Source: Escherichia phage vB_Eco_mar004NP2
Reading direction: 5' to 3' (one strand)
Sequence record: NC_048205.1
DNA length: 64,000 nt
Shown here piece by piece: positions 1-8,359 of the stretch; position 1 is the stretch's first letter, and every line of letters starts with the position of its first letter. Under the pieces are notes generated by a model. The model worked only from the letters and a program-made list of their open reading frames with translations. It had not been told where the DNA came from and made no database searches. The translations under genes were made by a program, and so were the position numbers.

Positions 1-240
1 ATATTTATATAAATTGATGAGGATTTCTCCTCATCATAGTTCACTAAGGTATTAGCTCGACCTAGGACTGGCTGCCAAAAAGCACGATCCCTACGATTCG
101 GGAGGAGTTCTAGATTAGTCCACTAGATTCAGCGGCAACTGAATAGTGTATTGGGTTTGCGAGATGACGCGGTTCCTTCCGCTCGAAGCGAAGGTGCTGT
201 AGTTACGCCGAGCTAATAGCCTTAGTAAACTAAAGAATTT

Positions 241-319
241 GGGGGATGGGTCTGCTAGGGGTGGACACCTCGCTTGCACCGAGGACATCAGAACGATTCG
301 AATTCGTTATCCTCCACCA
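241..319 (+). tRNA. tRNA, probable Ala (anticodon UGC)
   Basis: 7-bp acceptor stem GGGGGAT/ATCCTCC, anticodon stem-loop CCTCG-CTTGCAC-CGAGG, T-arm AACGA-TTCGAAT-TCGTT, encoded CCA; hand-folded. Confidence 0.5.
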
Positions 320-324
320 AATAC

Positions 325-401
325 GCGTGATTGATGGAATTGGCATACATACCGTCCTTAGAAGTCGGGTTTTGAGGGTTCGAATCCCTTGTCACGCACC
401 A
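325..401 (+). tRNA. tRNA, anticodon uncertain (best fold gives UAG); non-canonical D-arm
   Basis: acceptor GCGTGAT/GTCACGC, T-arm GAGGG-TTCGAAT-CCCTT, CCA end; anticodon stem has one mismatch. Confidence 0.4.
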
Positions 402-526
402 AATTTGATGGTCAGAGTAAATTAAACCTACTATCTCGGTTGAGCTGTTTTAATGGGTTCGAATCCCAGCGAGGCGTAACTGCCTGGTGTGATAGAGGCA
501 TCATTCCACTAACATTGGAAAAACTA

Positions 527-757
527 ATGAAACGAAAATTAAAAAAGTCTTATATAATTAAGATAAATAAGCTACGAAGTAGGGCAAAAGGATGGCCACT
601 TCGAATATTAATTGCGGATAACCATACTAGATACCATGCGGAACAACGTCATTACAAACAGTGGGAGTCATACTGCCGCTCAAAAGCAGGTCGTTTAGAT
701 GGATCTTATGAGTTTCTATTTGGTAAGAAGCCTACTAGAGTAGCTTTAGGTAATTAA
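527..757 (+). CDS. hypothetical small basic protein (76 aa)
   Basis: ATG after GGAAAAACTA; the longer track ORF 389..757 would overlap the tRNA at 325-401. Confidence 0.3.
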   Translation: MKRKLKKSYIIKINKLRSRAKGWPLRILIADNHTRYHAEQRHYKQWESYCRSKAGRLDGSYEFLFGKKPTRVALGN

Positions 758-762
758 TACTT

Positions 763-853
763 GGAAGAGCAAATCGAATTGGCGACGAAAACCGCTTGGA
801 AAGTGGCTGACTGGTAAAACGGCTTGAGAGTTCAAATCTCTCCTCTTCCGCCA
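763..853 (+). tRNA. type II tRNA, probable Ser (anticodon GGA)
   Basis: perfect acceptor GGAAGAG/CTCTTCC, anticodon loop TTGGAAA, long variable arm, T-arm GAGAG-TTCAAAT-CTCTC, CCA. Confidence 0.5.
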
Positions 854-865
854 AACAATTTATAT

Positions 866-960
866 GGTAGGTCAATCCAACGGCTGGCGCTGGACTCCGA
901 CTTGAAATCGGTTGATCGTAGTGATACGGTGTAAGGGTTCGATCCCCTTACCTACCTCCA
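866..960 (+). tRNA. type II tRNA, probable Ser (anticodon UGA)
   Basis: acceptor GGTAGGT/ACCTACC, anticodon stem-loop CCGA-CTTGAAA-TCGG, long variable arm, T-arm AAGGG-TTCGATC-CCCTT, CCA. Confidence 0.5.
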
Positions 961-1011
961 AATCTTGGAATATGCCGGAATTGGTAGACGGGACTGCCGA
1001 ATAGGTTTACT

Positions 1012-1096
1012 AGGAACATCCACTCCTAGAAATATACCTTAAAAGCGGTTGAGTTAAATGGTCTAACTCATGAAGGTTCAAGCCCTTCTATTCCTT
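1012..1096 (+). ncRNA. tRNA-like element (canonical T-arm, variable-arm hairpin; anticodon arm not resolved)
   Basis: T-arm GAAGG-TTCAAGC-CCTTC at 1072-1088 preceded by hairpin GAGTTA-AATGGTC-TAACTC; acceptor pairing imperfect. Confidence 0.25.
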
Positions 1097-1325
1097 GATA
1101 CATCAATGGCTCAAAGTGTAACGGTGCTATTTGATGCTCTTGGAAAGACTTTCCCGACATGCGTTCGGGGGTAAGCTTCTGAGGCTAGAATAGAAGAGTT
1201 TCTGAGAGCCGCCACAATTGAAAATTCGTACTCGTCTTGAGCTGCGTGCAATAGGAGATAACTTGATTAGTATTCTAGAACATGCTAATTGAGGATGGTT
1301 TCGCTAACCCTGCGAGTTTTCAATT

Positions 1326-1402
1326 GTGGCTATATCATAATTGGTTAATGATCCTGATTGTGAATCAGGCCTATGTGGATTCGAATTCCACTAGCCACCC
1401 CC
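1326..1402 (+). tRNA. tRNA, probable His (anticodon GUG)
   Basis: acceptor GTGGCTA/TAGCCAC, D-loop AATTGG, anticodon stem-loop CCTGA-TTGTGAA-TCAGG, T-arm GTGGA-TTCGAAT-TCCAC. Confidence 0.5.
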
Positions 1403-1428
1403 AAATTAACTTAAATAGGAAATAAAAT

Positions 1429-1623
1429 ATGGCTGATTTCTGCAAACAATGCTCCATTGATATGTGGGGCAGAGATACTGGTGATCTTTCTGGGCTGATT
1501 ACAGAAGCCGAAGTCAAAGAAGGTTATGGTGCAGTTGTGGTTTGTGAAGGATGCGGAGTCATTCGAGTAGATCATGAGGGTAAGCGCCTTGAAGAACCTG
1601 AGCCAGTTACCCTATTTCCCTAA
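1429..1623 (+). CDS. small zinc-ribbon protein (CxxC...CxxC), 64 aa
   Basis: ATG preceded by AATAGGAAATAAAAT; two CxxC pairs (CKQC, CEGC). Confidence 0.5.
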   Translation: MADFCKQCSIDMWGRDTGDLSGLITEAEVKEGYGAVVVCEGCGVIRVDHEGKRLEEPEPVTLFP

Positions 1624-1636
1624 AGTAAAGAATTAT

Positions 1637-1712
1637 TGGGATGTAGATCAATTGGCAGATCGTCGGCCTCTGACTCCGAAGGTTCCACGTTCGATCCGTG
1701 GCATCCCAGCCA
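1637..1712 (+). tRNA. tRNA, probable Gln (anticodon CUG)
   Basis: acceptor TGGGATG/CATCCCA, D-stem GATC/GATC, anticodon loop CTCTGAC, T-arm CCACG-TTCGATC-CGTGG, CCA. Confidence 0.5.
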
Positions 1713-1718
1713 AATACT

Positions 1719-1794
1719 TGGAGAGTAGTGTAACGGTTAGCACAACGGCCTTTGACTCCGTTAATGGTAGGTTCGATTCCTCCTTCTCCAGCCA
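1719..1794 (+). tRNA. tRNA, probable Gln (anticodon UUG)
   Basis: acceptor TGGAGAG/TTCTCCA, D-stem GTGT/GCAC, anticodon loop CTTTGAC, TTCGATT T-loop, CCA. Confidence 0.5.
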
Positions 1795-1801
1795 AATTAA
1801 T

Positions 1802-1876
1802 GCGTGATTAGTTCAGTGGCTAGAATAACTGGCTTCCAACCAGTAGACACGAGTTCGACTCTCGTATCCCGCACCA
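1802..1876 (+). tRNA. tRNA, probable Gly (anticodon UCC)
   Basis: anticodon stem-loop ACTGG-CTTCCAA-CCAGT, T-arm ACGAG-TTCGACT-CTCGT, CCA; one U-C mismatch in acceptor stem. Confidence 0.45.
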
Positions 1877-1890
1877 AATAAGGAAACACT

Positions 1891-2142
1891 ATGCACGTTT
1901 TTGAGTTTCGTAATAAAAGTACTGATAAGCGAGTTATCATTATTGGAGAAACATATCGAGCATATGAACAAACTGATGGCTCTGTTATCTTGAATGATGA
2001 GAAAGGAGGTTTTAGCTTTTATCCAGAAGAACCTTATGAAGAGTTTCGAAAACAATTTAACCTAGACTGGAGAAAGCATTTAAACACTGTTGCTTCATCT
2101 GTAGTATTGCCAACTACCAGTACTGTACTCTCTAATGGCTGA
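1891..2142 (+). CDS. hypothetical protein, 83 aa
   Basis: ORF with AAGGAAAC RBS directly after the tRNA. Confidence 0.5.
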   Translation: MHVFEFRNKSTDKRVIIIGETYRAYEQTDGSVILNDEKGGFSFYPEEPYEEFRKQFNLDWRKHLNTVASSVVLPTTSTVLSNG

Positions 2143-2298
2143 CAACCTAAAAGTAAAGATTGATAAACAAAAGAAACGTGTAGAAGTAGAGATTGGTGAA
2201 GAACGTGTTGGCTTTACTTTTGAATTTCTACAGCAAATGGCAATGGCAGTTATGACTGATAAGTCTCCTGTTATTGAAAAAGAAATCCCGTTGAAATA
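2136..2298 (+). CDS. hypothetical small protein, 54 aa (not in ORF track)
   Basis: ATG overlapping upstream stop; followed by hairpin CCCGTTGAAATAACGGG. Confidence 0.3.
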
Positions 2299-2309
2299 AC
2301 GGGATCATC

Positions 2310-2384
2310 GCTCCTAAAGCATTGCTGGCGATGCAGTTGCCTTGTAAGCATCTGAACCGGGTTCGATTCCTGGTGGGAGCACCA
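2310..2384 (+). tRNA. tRNA, probable Thr (anticodon UGU)
   Basis: acceptor GCTCCTA/TGGGAGC, D-stem GCAT/ATGC, anticodon loop CTTGTAA, T-arm TTCGATT, CCA. Confidence 0.5.
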
Positions 2385-2399
2385 AATTTAAAAATTCAT

Positions 2400-2428
2400 T
2401 TGCCTTCTCTCTTATTTATTGTTATAAT
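2400..2428 (+). promoter_or_regulatory. sigma70 early promoter (-35 TTGCCT, 17 bp, -10 TATAAT) with conserved leader TATAAATTAATGAGAGG
   Basis: consensus hexamers and spacing; leader shared with other promoters in window. Confidence 0.6.
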
Positions 2429-2458
2429 ATTTATATAAATTAATGAGAGGGAAACCAA

Positions 2459-2749
2459 ATGAAACGTTATCTTTCTATTGTATTCCAAACTGGTGGTCAA
2501 AGATATACCTATGAATTTCCATCTTCTTGGAAAATCAAAGAAGGTGATCAAGTAGTAGTGTTAACACCGCGTGAAGGGTATAAAGTAGTAATGGTTAAAC
2601 AAGTATTCCCAAAAGATCATGAACCAGCTAAAGGCATTCGCTATAAGATGATTCATGGTGTGGTCCGTCAAGTACCACGAACTGAGGTAGAAGTAGATAA
2701 GACTGGAGAAACTAAATTCCATTATACTTCTTACTTAGATAGTGTGTGA
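2459..2749 (+). CDS. hypothetical protein, 96 aa
   Basis: ATG 8 nt after GAGAGGG in promoter leader. Confidence 0.6.
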   Translation: MKRYLSIVFQTGGQRYTYEFPSSWKIKEGDQVVVLTPREGYKVVMVKQVFPKDHEPAKGIRYKMIHGVVRQVPRTEVEVDKTGETKFHYTSYLDSV

Positions 2750-2764
2750 TGTAAATATTCTAAT

Positions 2765-2841
2765 ACTTCGGTAGCTTAGCGATCTAAAGCACCCGGCTGA
2801 TAACCGAGAGATCGGGGGTTTAAATCCCTCCCGGAGTACCA
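2765..2841 (+). tRNA. tRNA, probable Ile (anticodon GAU)
   Basis: acceptor ACTTCGG/CCGGAGT, D-stem GCTT/AAGC, anticodon loop CTGATAA, T-loop TTTAAAT, CCA. Confidence 0.45.
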
Positions 2842-2936
2842 AATTTAGGAATTAAGACTATGCGTCCAGGAAAGTTTAAAAAAGCTAATTGGTCTAAAGA
2901 GTATAAAGAATACTTACTTAGTCTAGTAAAACATAA

Positions 2937-3013
2937 CAGTTAGTTGGCAGAGTGGTTATGCACCTCCTTCATACGGAGCGACTACAGTGGTTCAAATCCA
3001 CTACTAACTACCA
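2937..3013 (+). tRNA. tRNA with CAU anticodon (Met or Ile2)
   Basis: perfect acceptor AGTTAGT/ACTAACT, anticodon loop TTCATAC, T-arm AGTGG-TTCAAAT-CCACT, CCA. Confidence 0.5.
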
Positions 3014-3050
3014 TTAAAATAGCTAGAGATAGCTAAATTTAGGAGCAGCT

Positions 3051-3245
3051 ATGTTAACAATTAAAATAATGTCAGCCAAGAATGGTGAACATATCCATAC
3101 AGGCAAAAGCGTAAGCTTTAATCCTAGAAATAAGAGATTGGCTATAGTTGGAGTAGATCAAGCCATCTTTTTAAAAGAAGATGAAGTAGCATACGTCATG
3201 AACCAAACTGGTAAGACAGTTTCCGTATACTATGGAAAAGTATAA
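3051..3245 (+). CDS. hypothetical protein, 64 aa
   Basis: ATG after TAGGAGCAGCT RBS. Confidence 0.5.
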   Translation: MLTIKIMSAKNGEHIHTGKSVSFNPRNKRLAIVGVDQAIFLKEDEVAYVMNQTGKTVSVYYGKV

Positions 3246-3287
3246 AGAATAAAGAGCTGAGCCAAATTCTAGCATCGTGGAGATCTA

Positions 3288-3656
3288 ATGAAAGCATATC
3301 AAAATCTTAAGTCTGGCGTAATTAATCTTGTTCATGATAATCAGATTATTCAACTGTACTCTAAAAATGGCGAACTTAAACAAAAAGTTCTGGTTGAGGA
3401 TCTAGAGGGTATTACACCCCATTTTGACCCCGAGTCCTTTCGTGAAGTCAAGGTGGAAGTCGCCCCTCAAATTGAAGGTGGTCAGCACCTAAATGTCAAT
3501 GTGTTAAGTCGTGATCAGCTTTTGGATGCACAGAAACATCCTGAAAAATACCCTCAATTAACTATCCGTGTTTCAGGGTACGCTGTGCGTTTTAACGCAC
3601 TGACGCGTGAACAGCAGAACGACGTTATTAGTCGTACATTTACTCAGGCGATGTAA
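3288..3656 (+). CDS. autonomous glycyl-radical cofactor (GrcA/YfiD-like spare-part protein)
   Basis: C-terminal [31 protein letters not shown] matches the glycyl-radical signature RVSGYAV of pyruvate formate-lyase C-terminus and GrcA. Confidence 0.6.
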   Translation: MKAYQNLKSGVINLVHDNQIIQLYSKNGELKQKVLVEDLEGITPHFDPESFREVKVEVAPQIEGGQHLNVNVLSRDQLLDAQKHPEKYPQLTIRVSGYAVRFNALTREQQNDVISRTFTQAM

Positions 3657-3737
3657 TGGGGCTTGGATACGGTTTCTACGAACTACGTAAGGTAGTCGAG
3701 CAAACTCCATTTATCTCCCAAGTTTTAGGAGAAATGT

Positions 3738-4052
3738 GTGGATCGAGCATTAAGACGTCATCACCGGCAACGTGTAAAGAACAACCGCAAGAAGTATTGG
3801 ACAGTCTTCCCACATGAAGAAAGCCCTAAACGGTTAGGTATTATCACTACTACTCCTTGTATCTGTTCTTGTTGGATGTGCGGGAATCCTCGCAAATACT
3901 TTAAGAATAGTAAAGCAGGGATGAAAACCTCGGAGATTAGGAAAATGGAAGCAATGATTACGGATATTTCAAATGATGAATTTGATGGCTTTGTAGGATT
4001 CGGAGAAGGAATTAGCTCAGGCTGTTTCGAAGATGTACGCCCCGATTTGTAA
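3738..4052 (+). CDS. hypothetical Cys-rich basic protein, 104 aa (GTG start)
   Basis: GTG start 6 nt after TAGGAGAAAT; followed by terminator. Confidence 0.45.
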   Translation: MDRALRRHHRQRVKNNRKKYWTVFPHEESPKRLGIITTTPCICSCWMCGNPRKYFKNSKAGMKTSEIRKMEAMITDISNDEFDGFVGFGEGISSGCFEDVRPDL

Positions 4053-4061
4053 TTAATAACA

Positions 4062-4097
4062 AACCCCAGCTATTGAATAGGTAGTCTGGGGTTTTTC
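4062..4097 (+). terminator. rho-independent terminator
   Basis: hairpin AACCCCAG...CTGGGGTT followed by TTTTT. Confidence 0.6.
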
Positions 4098-4173
4098 TGT
4101 ATACAGGTAGATAATTTATGTATAATAAAATTCATCCACATTAGGTTAATTTAAAAAACTTAATGGAGGTAAT

Positions 4174-4521
4174 ATGAGCCGTACTTATCGTAAACAATCT
4201 GGTGATCAGTGGTGGAAGTCTAAAGAACAATTCTCTCAAGAATATTCTTTCATCAAAGAAAATGGCTACTGGATTCGTGTTATTTATGCCAAATCTTGGG
4301 ACGACATCAAAAAAGAAATGAAGGAAGCAACCATTCGTAATGAGAAAAAGGATGGTTATAACTGGAATTCTGTTAGTAAGAATGTTAAGTGGCATTCTAA
4401 TAAAATGGTTCGTCAAGGGAATCGTCAAGAACTCCACCGCGTGATGAAAGATCCAGAAAATTACGACTATAATCGCGATCATGACATGCGTAAGCGTGGA
4501 TTATGGTGGTGCTACGACTAA
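4174..4521 (+). CDS. hypothetical protein, 115 aa
   Basis: ATG after GGAGGTAAT RBS. Confidence 0.55.
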   Translation: MSRTYRKQSGDQWWKSKEQFSQEYSFIKENGYWIRVIYAKSWDDIKKEMKEATIRNEKKDGYNWNSVSKNVKWHSNKMVRQGNRQELHRVMKDPENYDYNRDHDMRKRGLWWCYD

Positions 4522-4538
4522 TTTCTGAAATAATTCAT

Positions 4539-4568
4539 TTGCTAAACCTCTCTTTTCTTGTTATAATA
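4539..4568 (+). promoter_or_regulatory. sigma70 early promoter (-35 TTGCTA, -10 TATAAT) plus conserved leader
   Basis: hexamers with 18-bp spacer; leader TTTATAAATTGATGGGAGAGG. Confidence 0.6.
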
Positions 4569-4597
4569 TATTTATAAATTGATGGGAGAGGTTTGAA

Positions 4598-4879
4598 ATG
4601 AAAACTCGTCTAGACTGTGCTATCCACGTTGTCGAGCATAGTGTTGTTGGAACCTGTATGTCTTACCATGAGGCAGGTCGCTTAATTAAAGAACGTGTGG
4701 CAGATGTATGTGGATTGAAGATTACTGCTGAGGAAGCTGATGATCTTTTAGGCCAAGCACTTGAGAAAACCGAAATATTCCTCTGTGATTCTTGTTCTTG
4801 GTGGTGTGAAGCTCACGAACATTCCTTCAATGATTATGATGTATGCCGTGACTGTAATGAGGAAGATACTGATGAATAA
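4598..4879 (+). CDS. hypothetical Cys-rich protein, 93 aa
   Basis: ATG after promoter leader RBS. Confidence 0.55.
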   Translation: MKTRLDCAIHVVEHSVVGTCMSYHEAGRLIKERVADVCGLKITAEEADDLLGQALEKTEIFLCDSCSWWCEAHEHSFNDYDVCRDCNEEDTDE

Positions 4880-5171
4880 GTTTATTATTGCATTGATGGT
4901 TTCGGCAGTTAGTTTCGGTTCTCTAGCATCTACCAAAGTTTTTATGAAAAATGGCAATGTTAAAGTACAACAGAACGGCATTATTACCGAGTATGGTAAA
5001 GTTCGTGATGTTAAGGAACGTAACGGCAAAGTAGAAATATATACTAATAAAAACTTCTCTACTCCGGCTGTTACTGTTAGCAAACGTGGTGAGATAACTA
5101 CTCAACGTACTAATAGCTCTAGTTCTTTTACTTGTCGTTATGATTGCGACTTTGAAGGTGAAGATGAATAA
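4872..5171 (+). CDS. secreted/periplasmic small protein with N-terminal signal peptide, 100 aa
   Basis: start chosen at internal ATG (MNKFIIALMVSAVSFGSLAST...) overlapping upstream stop; track ORF 4761..5171 extends into the upstream gene. Confidence 0.45.
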   Translation: MNKFIIALMVSAVSFGSLASTKVFMKNGNVKVQQNGIITEYGKVRDVKERNGKVEIYTNKNFSTPAVTVSKRGEITTQRTNSSSSFTCRYDCDFEGEDE

Positions 5172-5559
5172 TTTAGACCCTAGAATTAAATTTGCAATTA
5201 CAGAAATCCAAGATCAAATTGATGAGGACTTCACTGTTTGGTCAAGGTCTGGTAATGGAGAATATTGCCAGCTTTATAGCATGAAAATGGGTATCTCAAT
5301 TGAGCTTAATATCAACTCTGAAGGTAGAGTAGAAGCCCAACCTATGTTTAGTATTCCAGGCTTCTCTGGATTTGTTGCAGGTATGAAATTGTGTCTACCA
5401 AATAACCATCTTCATCGAGTTATTTGTCAACTAGAGACTATTAAACACTTCTTACCAGAAGATAACATTAATGACCACTACCATGAAGTAGTAGCAGCTC
5501 ATATGATGAAAGAATGCAAACGTCGGAGAGAAGAACGTGAAAAAGCTAAACATCAATAG
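5164..5559 (+). CDS. hypothetical protein, 131 aa
   Basis: ATG after GAAGGTGAAG; start trimmed from track ORF 5140. Confidence 0.5.
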   Translation: MNNLDPRIKFAITEIQDQIDEDFTVWSRSGNGEYCQLYSMKMGISIELNINSEGRVEAQPMFSIPGFSGFVAGMKLCLPNNHLHRVICQLETIKHFLPEDNINDHYHEVVAAHMMKECKRRREEREKAKHQ

Positions 5560-5833
5560 CACAGTGCAGATTCCAGCAACTAAGGATATTTTAACATTCC
5601 TACGTAGTGAAAACACTCAGTTTTGGCACGACTATATTCAGGAAAATAAAAATAATCCAGATATAGTGGCTTTTGCCAAAACCCGTATTGGGGAATACAA
5701 AGATCCAGAAATTAAAGATGGCATGATTACTATGCAGTTATGGATAGCTATGAAAACATTTGGACCTACTATGAGTTTAGGATTTGCCCCTCTGTTTACT
5801 GATATTCTAATTAAGGAAAAGGATCTGAAATGA
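5537..5833 (+). CDS. hypothetical protein, 98 aa (GTG start)
   Basis: ORF with GGAGAGAAG upstream. Confidence 0.4.
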   Translation: MKKLNINSTVQIPATKDILTFLRSENTQFWHDYIQENKNNPDIVAFAKTRIGEYKDPEIKDGMITMQLWIAMKTFGPTMSLGFAPLFTDILIKEKDLK

Positions 5834-6114
5834 TTATCTCTCCATTTGCTCTTTGGTTCGTCATTGGGTCTATAGTTGCTATTTACAGCTTGATTGATGA
5901 TCTGTATATCTCTAAGAACAAAGATGTACTTTTATATGTTATACATAAAACACGTCCACTAGATCTAGCACCTCTTGACGATAAAACACTATTAAGATGT
6001 GGTATGTCTGTGCTATTTATTATGGATATTCTGCTAGGACCAGCATCTGTATTTTTCTATTACCGAAAAACTCGTAATATGAAAAAATTTAAAGCAGAAA
6101 TGCAGAATAATTAA
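5830..6114 (+). CDS. small membrane protein, 94 aa
   Basis: two hydrophobic segments; AAGGAAAAGG RBS. Confidence 0.5.
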   Translation: MIISPFALWFVIGSIVAIYSLIDDLYISKNKDVLLYVIHKTRPLDLAPLDDKTLLRCGMSVLFIMDILLGPASVFFYYRKTRNMKKFKAEMQNN

Positions 6115-6224
6115 AGAACTCGCGTAGGACCGAGTTGCGTCACCTGCAACTGTTACGGATAAGGGAGTCGTGCCCCTTAGTGCGGTAAGTGGTGAGTTGG
6201 TCGCTGACCTTAACTGGAGATGAT

Positions 6225-6569
6225 ATGACTATAGTATTAATTCTTGTTACCACTTGGTTTTTAATTGGTGCTGGGTATGCAGTAGCTGTACTTAGACATT
6301 TGGACGAATATTCTGCTGAATGGTTCATCAAATACCTTCGTATCGACAACAAGGAACATGAATTTAAAGATGAAAAGCAGAAAAAGGCAGTAGAGAAAAT
6401 GACAGCCAAAGAATGTTTATTCTACATGCGTATTATAGGATTCTTTGGGTTATTAATTGCTGGCCCAATTGGTTCTACTATTGCTCCGTACAAAGAAACA
6501 GTTGCTGACATCAAATTATGGAGAAATGCAGGGGTACTACGCAAAGCTAGAGAAACTAATATTACATAA
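6225..6569 (+). CDS. small membrane protein, 114 aa
   Basis: start at ATG after GGAG (track start 6189 lacks RBS); hydrophobic helices. Confidence 0.45.
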   Translation: MTIVLILVTTWFLIGAGYAVAVLRHLDEYSAEWFIKYLRIDNKEHEFKDEKQKKAVEKMTAKECLFYMRIIGFFGLLIAGPIGSTIAPYKETVADIKLWRNAGVLRKARETNIT

Positions 6570-6613
6570 GATTGACACTAAGTCAACTTACTAGCAAAAG
6601 CAAATAATGACAA

Positions 6614-6650
6614 AGCCCAGCCTGCACTTTTGCGACTGGGCTATTTTTGT
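6614..6650 (+). terminator. rho-independent terminator
   Basis: hairpin GCCCAGC...CTGGGC followed by TATTTTTGT. Confidence 0.6.
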
Positions 6651-6663
6651 AATAAAATTTTAG

Positions 6664-6692
6664 TTGCATAGATGCCCAAACTTTTGTATAAT
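6664..6692 (+). promoter_or_regulatory. sigma70 early promoter (-35 TTGCAT, 17 bp, -10 TATAAT)
   Basis: consensus hexamers immediately after terminator. Confidence 0.55.
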
Positions 6693-6723
6693 ATACTCAT
6701 AGATTGAGGCAATAGGATTAAAT

Positions 6724-7422
6724 ATGAGAATCATTTCTAAATTCGCAGATGTGTATGATTTGCAGAACAGTTTGTTTGATCCCGATCGTGTTTGGGAGCG
6801 TAAAACTGAAGAGTTACTAGTTAAGGTAACTGATGATGCAGAAAAGAACATTGTGCATACTCGCCAAGTATTTCGTGAGGGTTCACTATCTTTCCGTGGT
6901 GACTTCGAATACTTCGTAAACCCACTGTTTATTGCAGGTGAAGTTTACTGGCTACACGAGCTGTACTGCTGGCACCCAGCATTTAGTTTCAAAACGTTCA
7001 ACCTCGACACTATGTTCGATAAAATGGAAGAGATGGGATTGCATGCTCGCTCCTACTTAATGGATAAGAGTCGTGGAGATGTTCGTGAAACAATGCGTGA
7101 TTTGCTCGTTGAAGCAAAACCTAAAGCAGAACGTATCTTGTCCGAACTGCGTGTACCGATTGCATATGTGAAAGGTATTAAGAAGAACGATAACGATGAT
7201 GTTCGTAACTTCGTGATTCAGACTAACATTCGTTTCCATCAGTCAGGTATTCCGTGGCAGGAAATTGAAAGTAACTTATACCGTTTACACCAGATGATCG
7301 AGCAATATATCTGGGGCGTATTAGGAACCGGTGAACCAGATACTATTACCACTTCCGATAAGGATCGCTTAGCTGCATATGGATTTGATATTGTTACTTC
7401 TTTTAGGAATATGAAAAGATGA
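6724..7422 (+). CDS. hypothetical protein, 232 aa
   Basis: long ORF after promoter, RBS AATAGGATTAAAT. Confidence 0.6.
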   Translation: MRIISKFADVYDLQNSLFDPDRVWERKTEELLVKVTDDAEKNIVHTRQVFREGSLSFRGDFEYFVNPLFIAGEVYWLHELYCWHPAFSFKTFNLDTMFDKMEEMGLHARSYLMDKSRGDVRETMRDLLVEAKPKAERILSELRVPIAYVKGIKKNDNDDVRNFVIQTNIRFHQSGIPWQEIESNLYRLHQMIEQYIWGVLGTGEPDTITTSDKDRLAAYGFDIVTSFRNMKR

Positions 7423-7916
7423 TCAGTAAGGAAGAGCTAAGAAGGATGTTCGATTACCGAGATGATGGTAATCTTATCTGGAAACCCAGGGAAGGGGACG
7501 AACACTTTAATAAGATATTCGCCGGAACAGTAGCAGGATCTAGACAAAGTACAGGACATAGAGTAGTTGAGCTGTATAATGGTTCCCTAGCTATAGGTAC
7601 ACATAGATTAATCTATGCATGGCATACTGGAGAATGGCCAGAAATAGTTGACCATAAGGATAAAGACTCAACTAATGATAGGTTTGAGAACCTAAGACCT
7701 GCTACAAGATCTGATAACGCTTGTAATCAAAAAGTAAGAAGCGACAACCATTTAGGCGTTAAAAATATTCATAGAAAAACAAATGGGACTTACCAAGTAA
7801 GAATCACTAAACATGGTAAGCAAGTTTCGAAAACACTTAAGAGTTTGGAAGAGGCCATAGAATGGAGAGACGCCAAACTTAAAGAACTCCACGGTGAGTT
7901 TGCGAGTACAGGCTGA
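7419..7916 (+). CDS. HNH homing endonuclease with AP2-type DNA-binding domain
   Basis: HNH motif region HRLIYAWHTGEWPEIVDHKDKDSTNDRFENLRPATRSDNACN followed by AP2-like GVKNIHRKTNGTYQVRITKHGK. Confidence 0.65.
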   Translation: MISKEELRRMFDYRDDGNLIWKPREGDEHFNKIFAGTVAGSRQSTGHRVVELYNGSLAIGTHRLIYAWHTGEWPEIVDHKDKDSTNDRFENLRPATRSDNACNQKVRSDNHLGVKNIHRKTNGTYQVRITKHGKQVSKTLKSLEEAIEWRDAKLKELHGEFASTG

Positions 7917-8359
7917 TGTGGAAATGGTTTGTAGACTTAGTTTGGGATAATAAGATGTATATCCTGGGAGCAGGTCTAGCGATAGGCATCGGATTCGGTG
8001 CTTATCACTTAGTTAATAAGGTTGAGACTCTAGCAGGTGATCTTGCAGCAGCTACTAAAAAGATCTCTTCTCTAGAAACCTCCCTTAATAATGTGAGGGC
8101 TGAGAGTGAACTTCGTGAGACTCGAATGAATCAGTATTTCACAATGAATAATGTTTCGCAAGCAGATCTAGACAAGAAAATTAATCAGCTTGATAAAGCA
8201 CTTAGTCGTCAAGATATTATAGCTGCAAAGCCTGGATTGGTTACATTAATTGCTAAAAAGCAGAGTAAGGAGTTCGAGGAAAGATTAGCATGTTTAACTG
8301 GAAACTTGGAATACTGCTCGCAGCCGCAATCACAATCACAGGCTGTGCACAAGAAATAA
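7916..8359 (+). CDS. membrane-anchored coiled-coil protein (possible i-spanin-like)
   Basis: N-terminal TM helix then coiled-coil-like region; 3' end overlapped by a lipoprotein gene. Confidence 0.4.
   Translation: MWKWFVDLVWDNKMYILGAGLAIGIGFGAYHLVNKVETLAGDLAAATKKISSLETSLNNVRAESELRETRMNQYFTMNNVSQADLDKKINQLDKALSRQDIIAAKPGLVTLIAKKQSKEFEERLACLTGNLEYCSQPQSQSQAVHKK

Noticed and set aside
389-757. Track ORF 389..757 (122 aa)
   Set aside because: Its 5' part runs through the tRNA at 325-401 and a canonical T-arm at 455-467; only the 3' part from ATG 527 is kept, at low confidence.
1574-1807. Track ORFs 1574..1807 (+) and 1607..1795 (-)
   Set aside because: They coincide with two well-formed tRNA genes (1637-1712, 1719-1794) and lack ribosome-binding sites.
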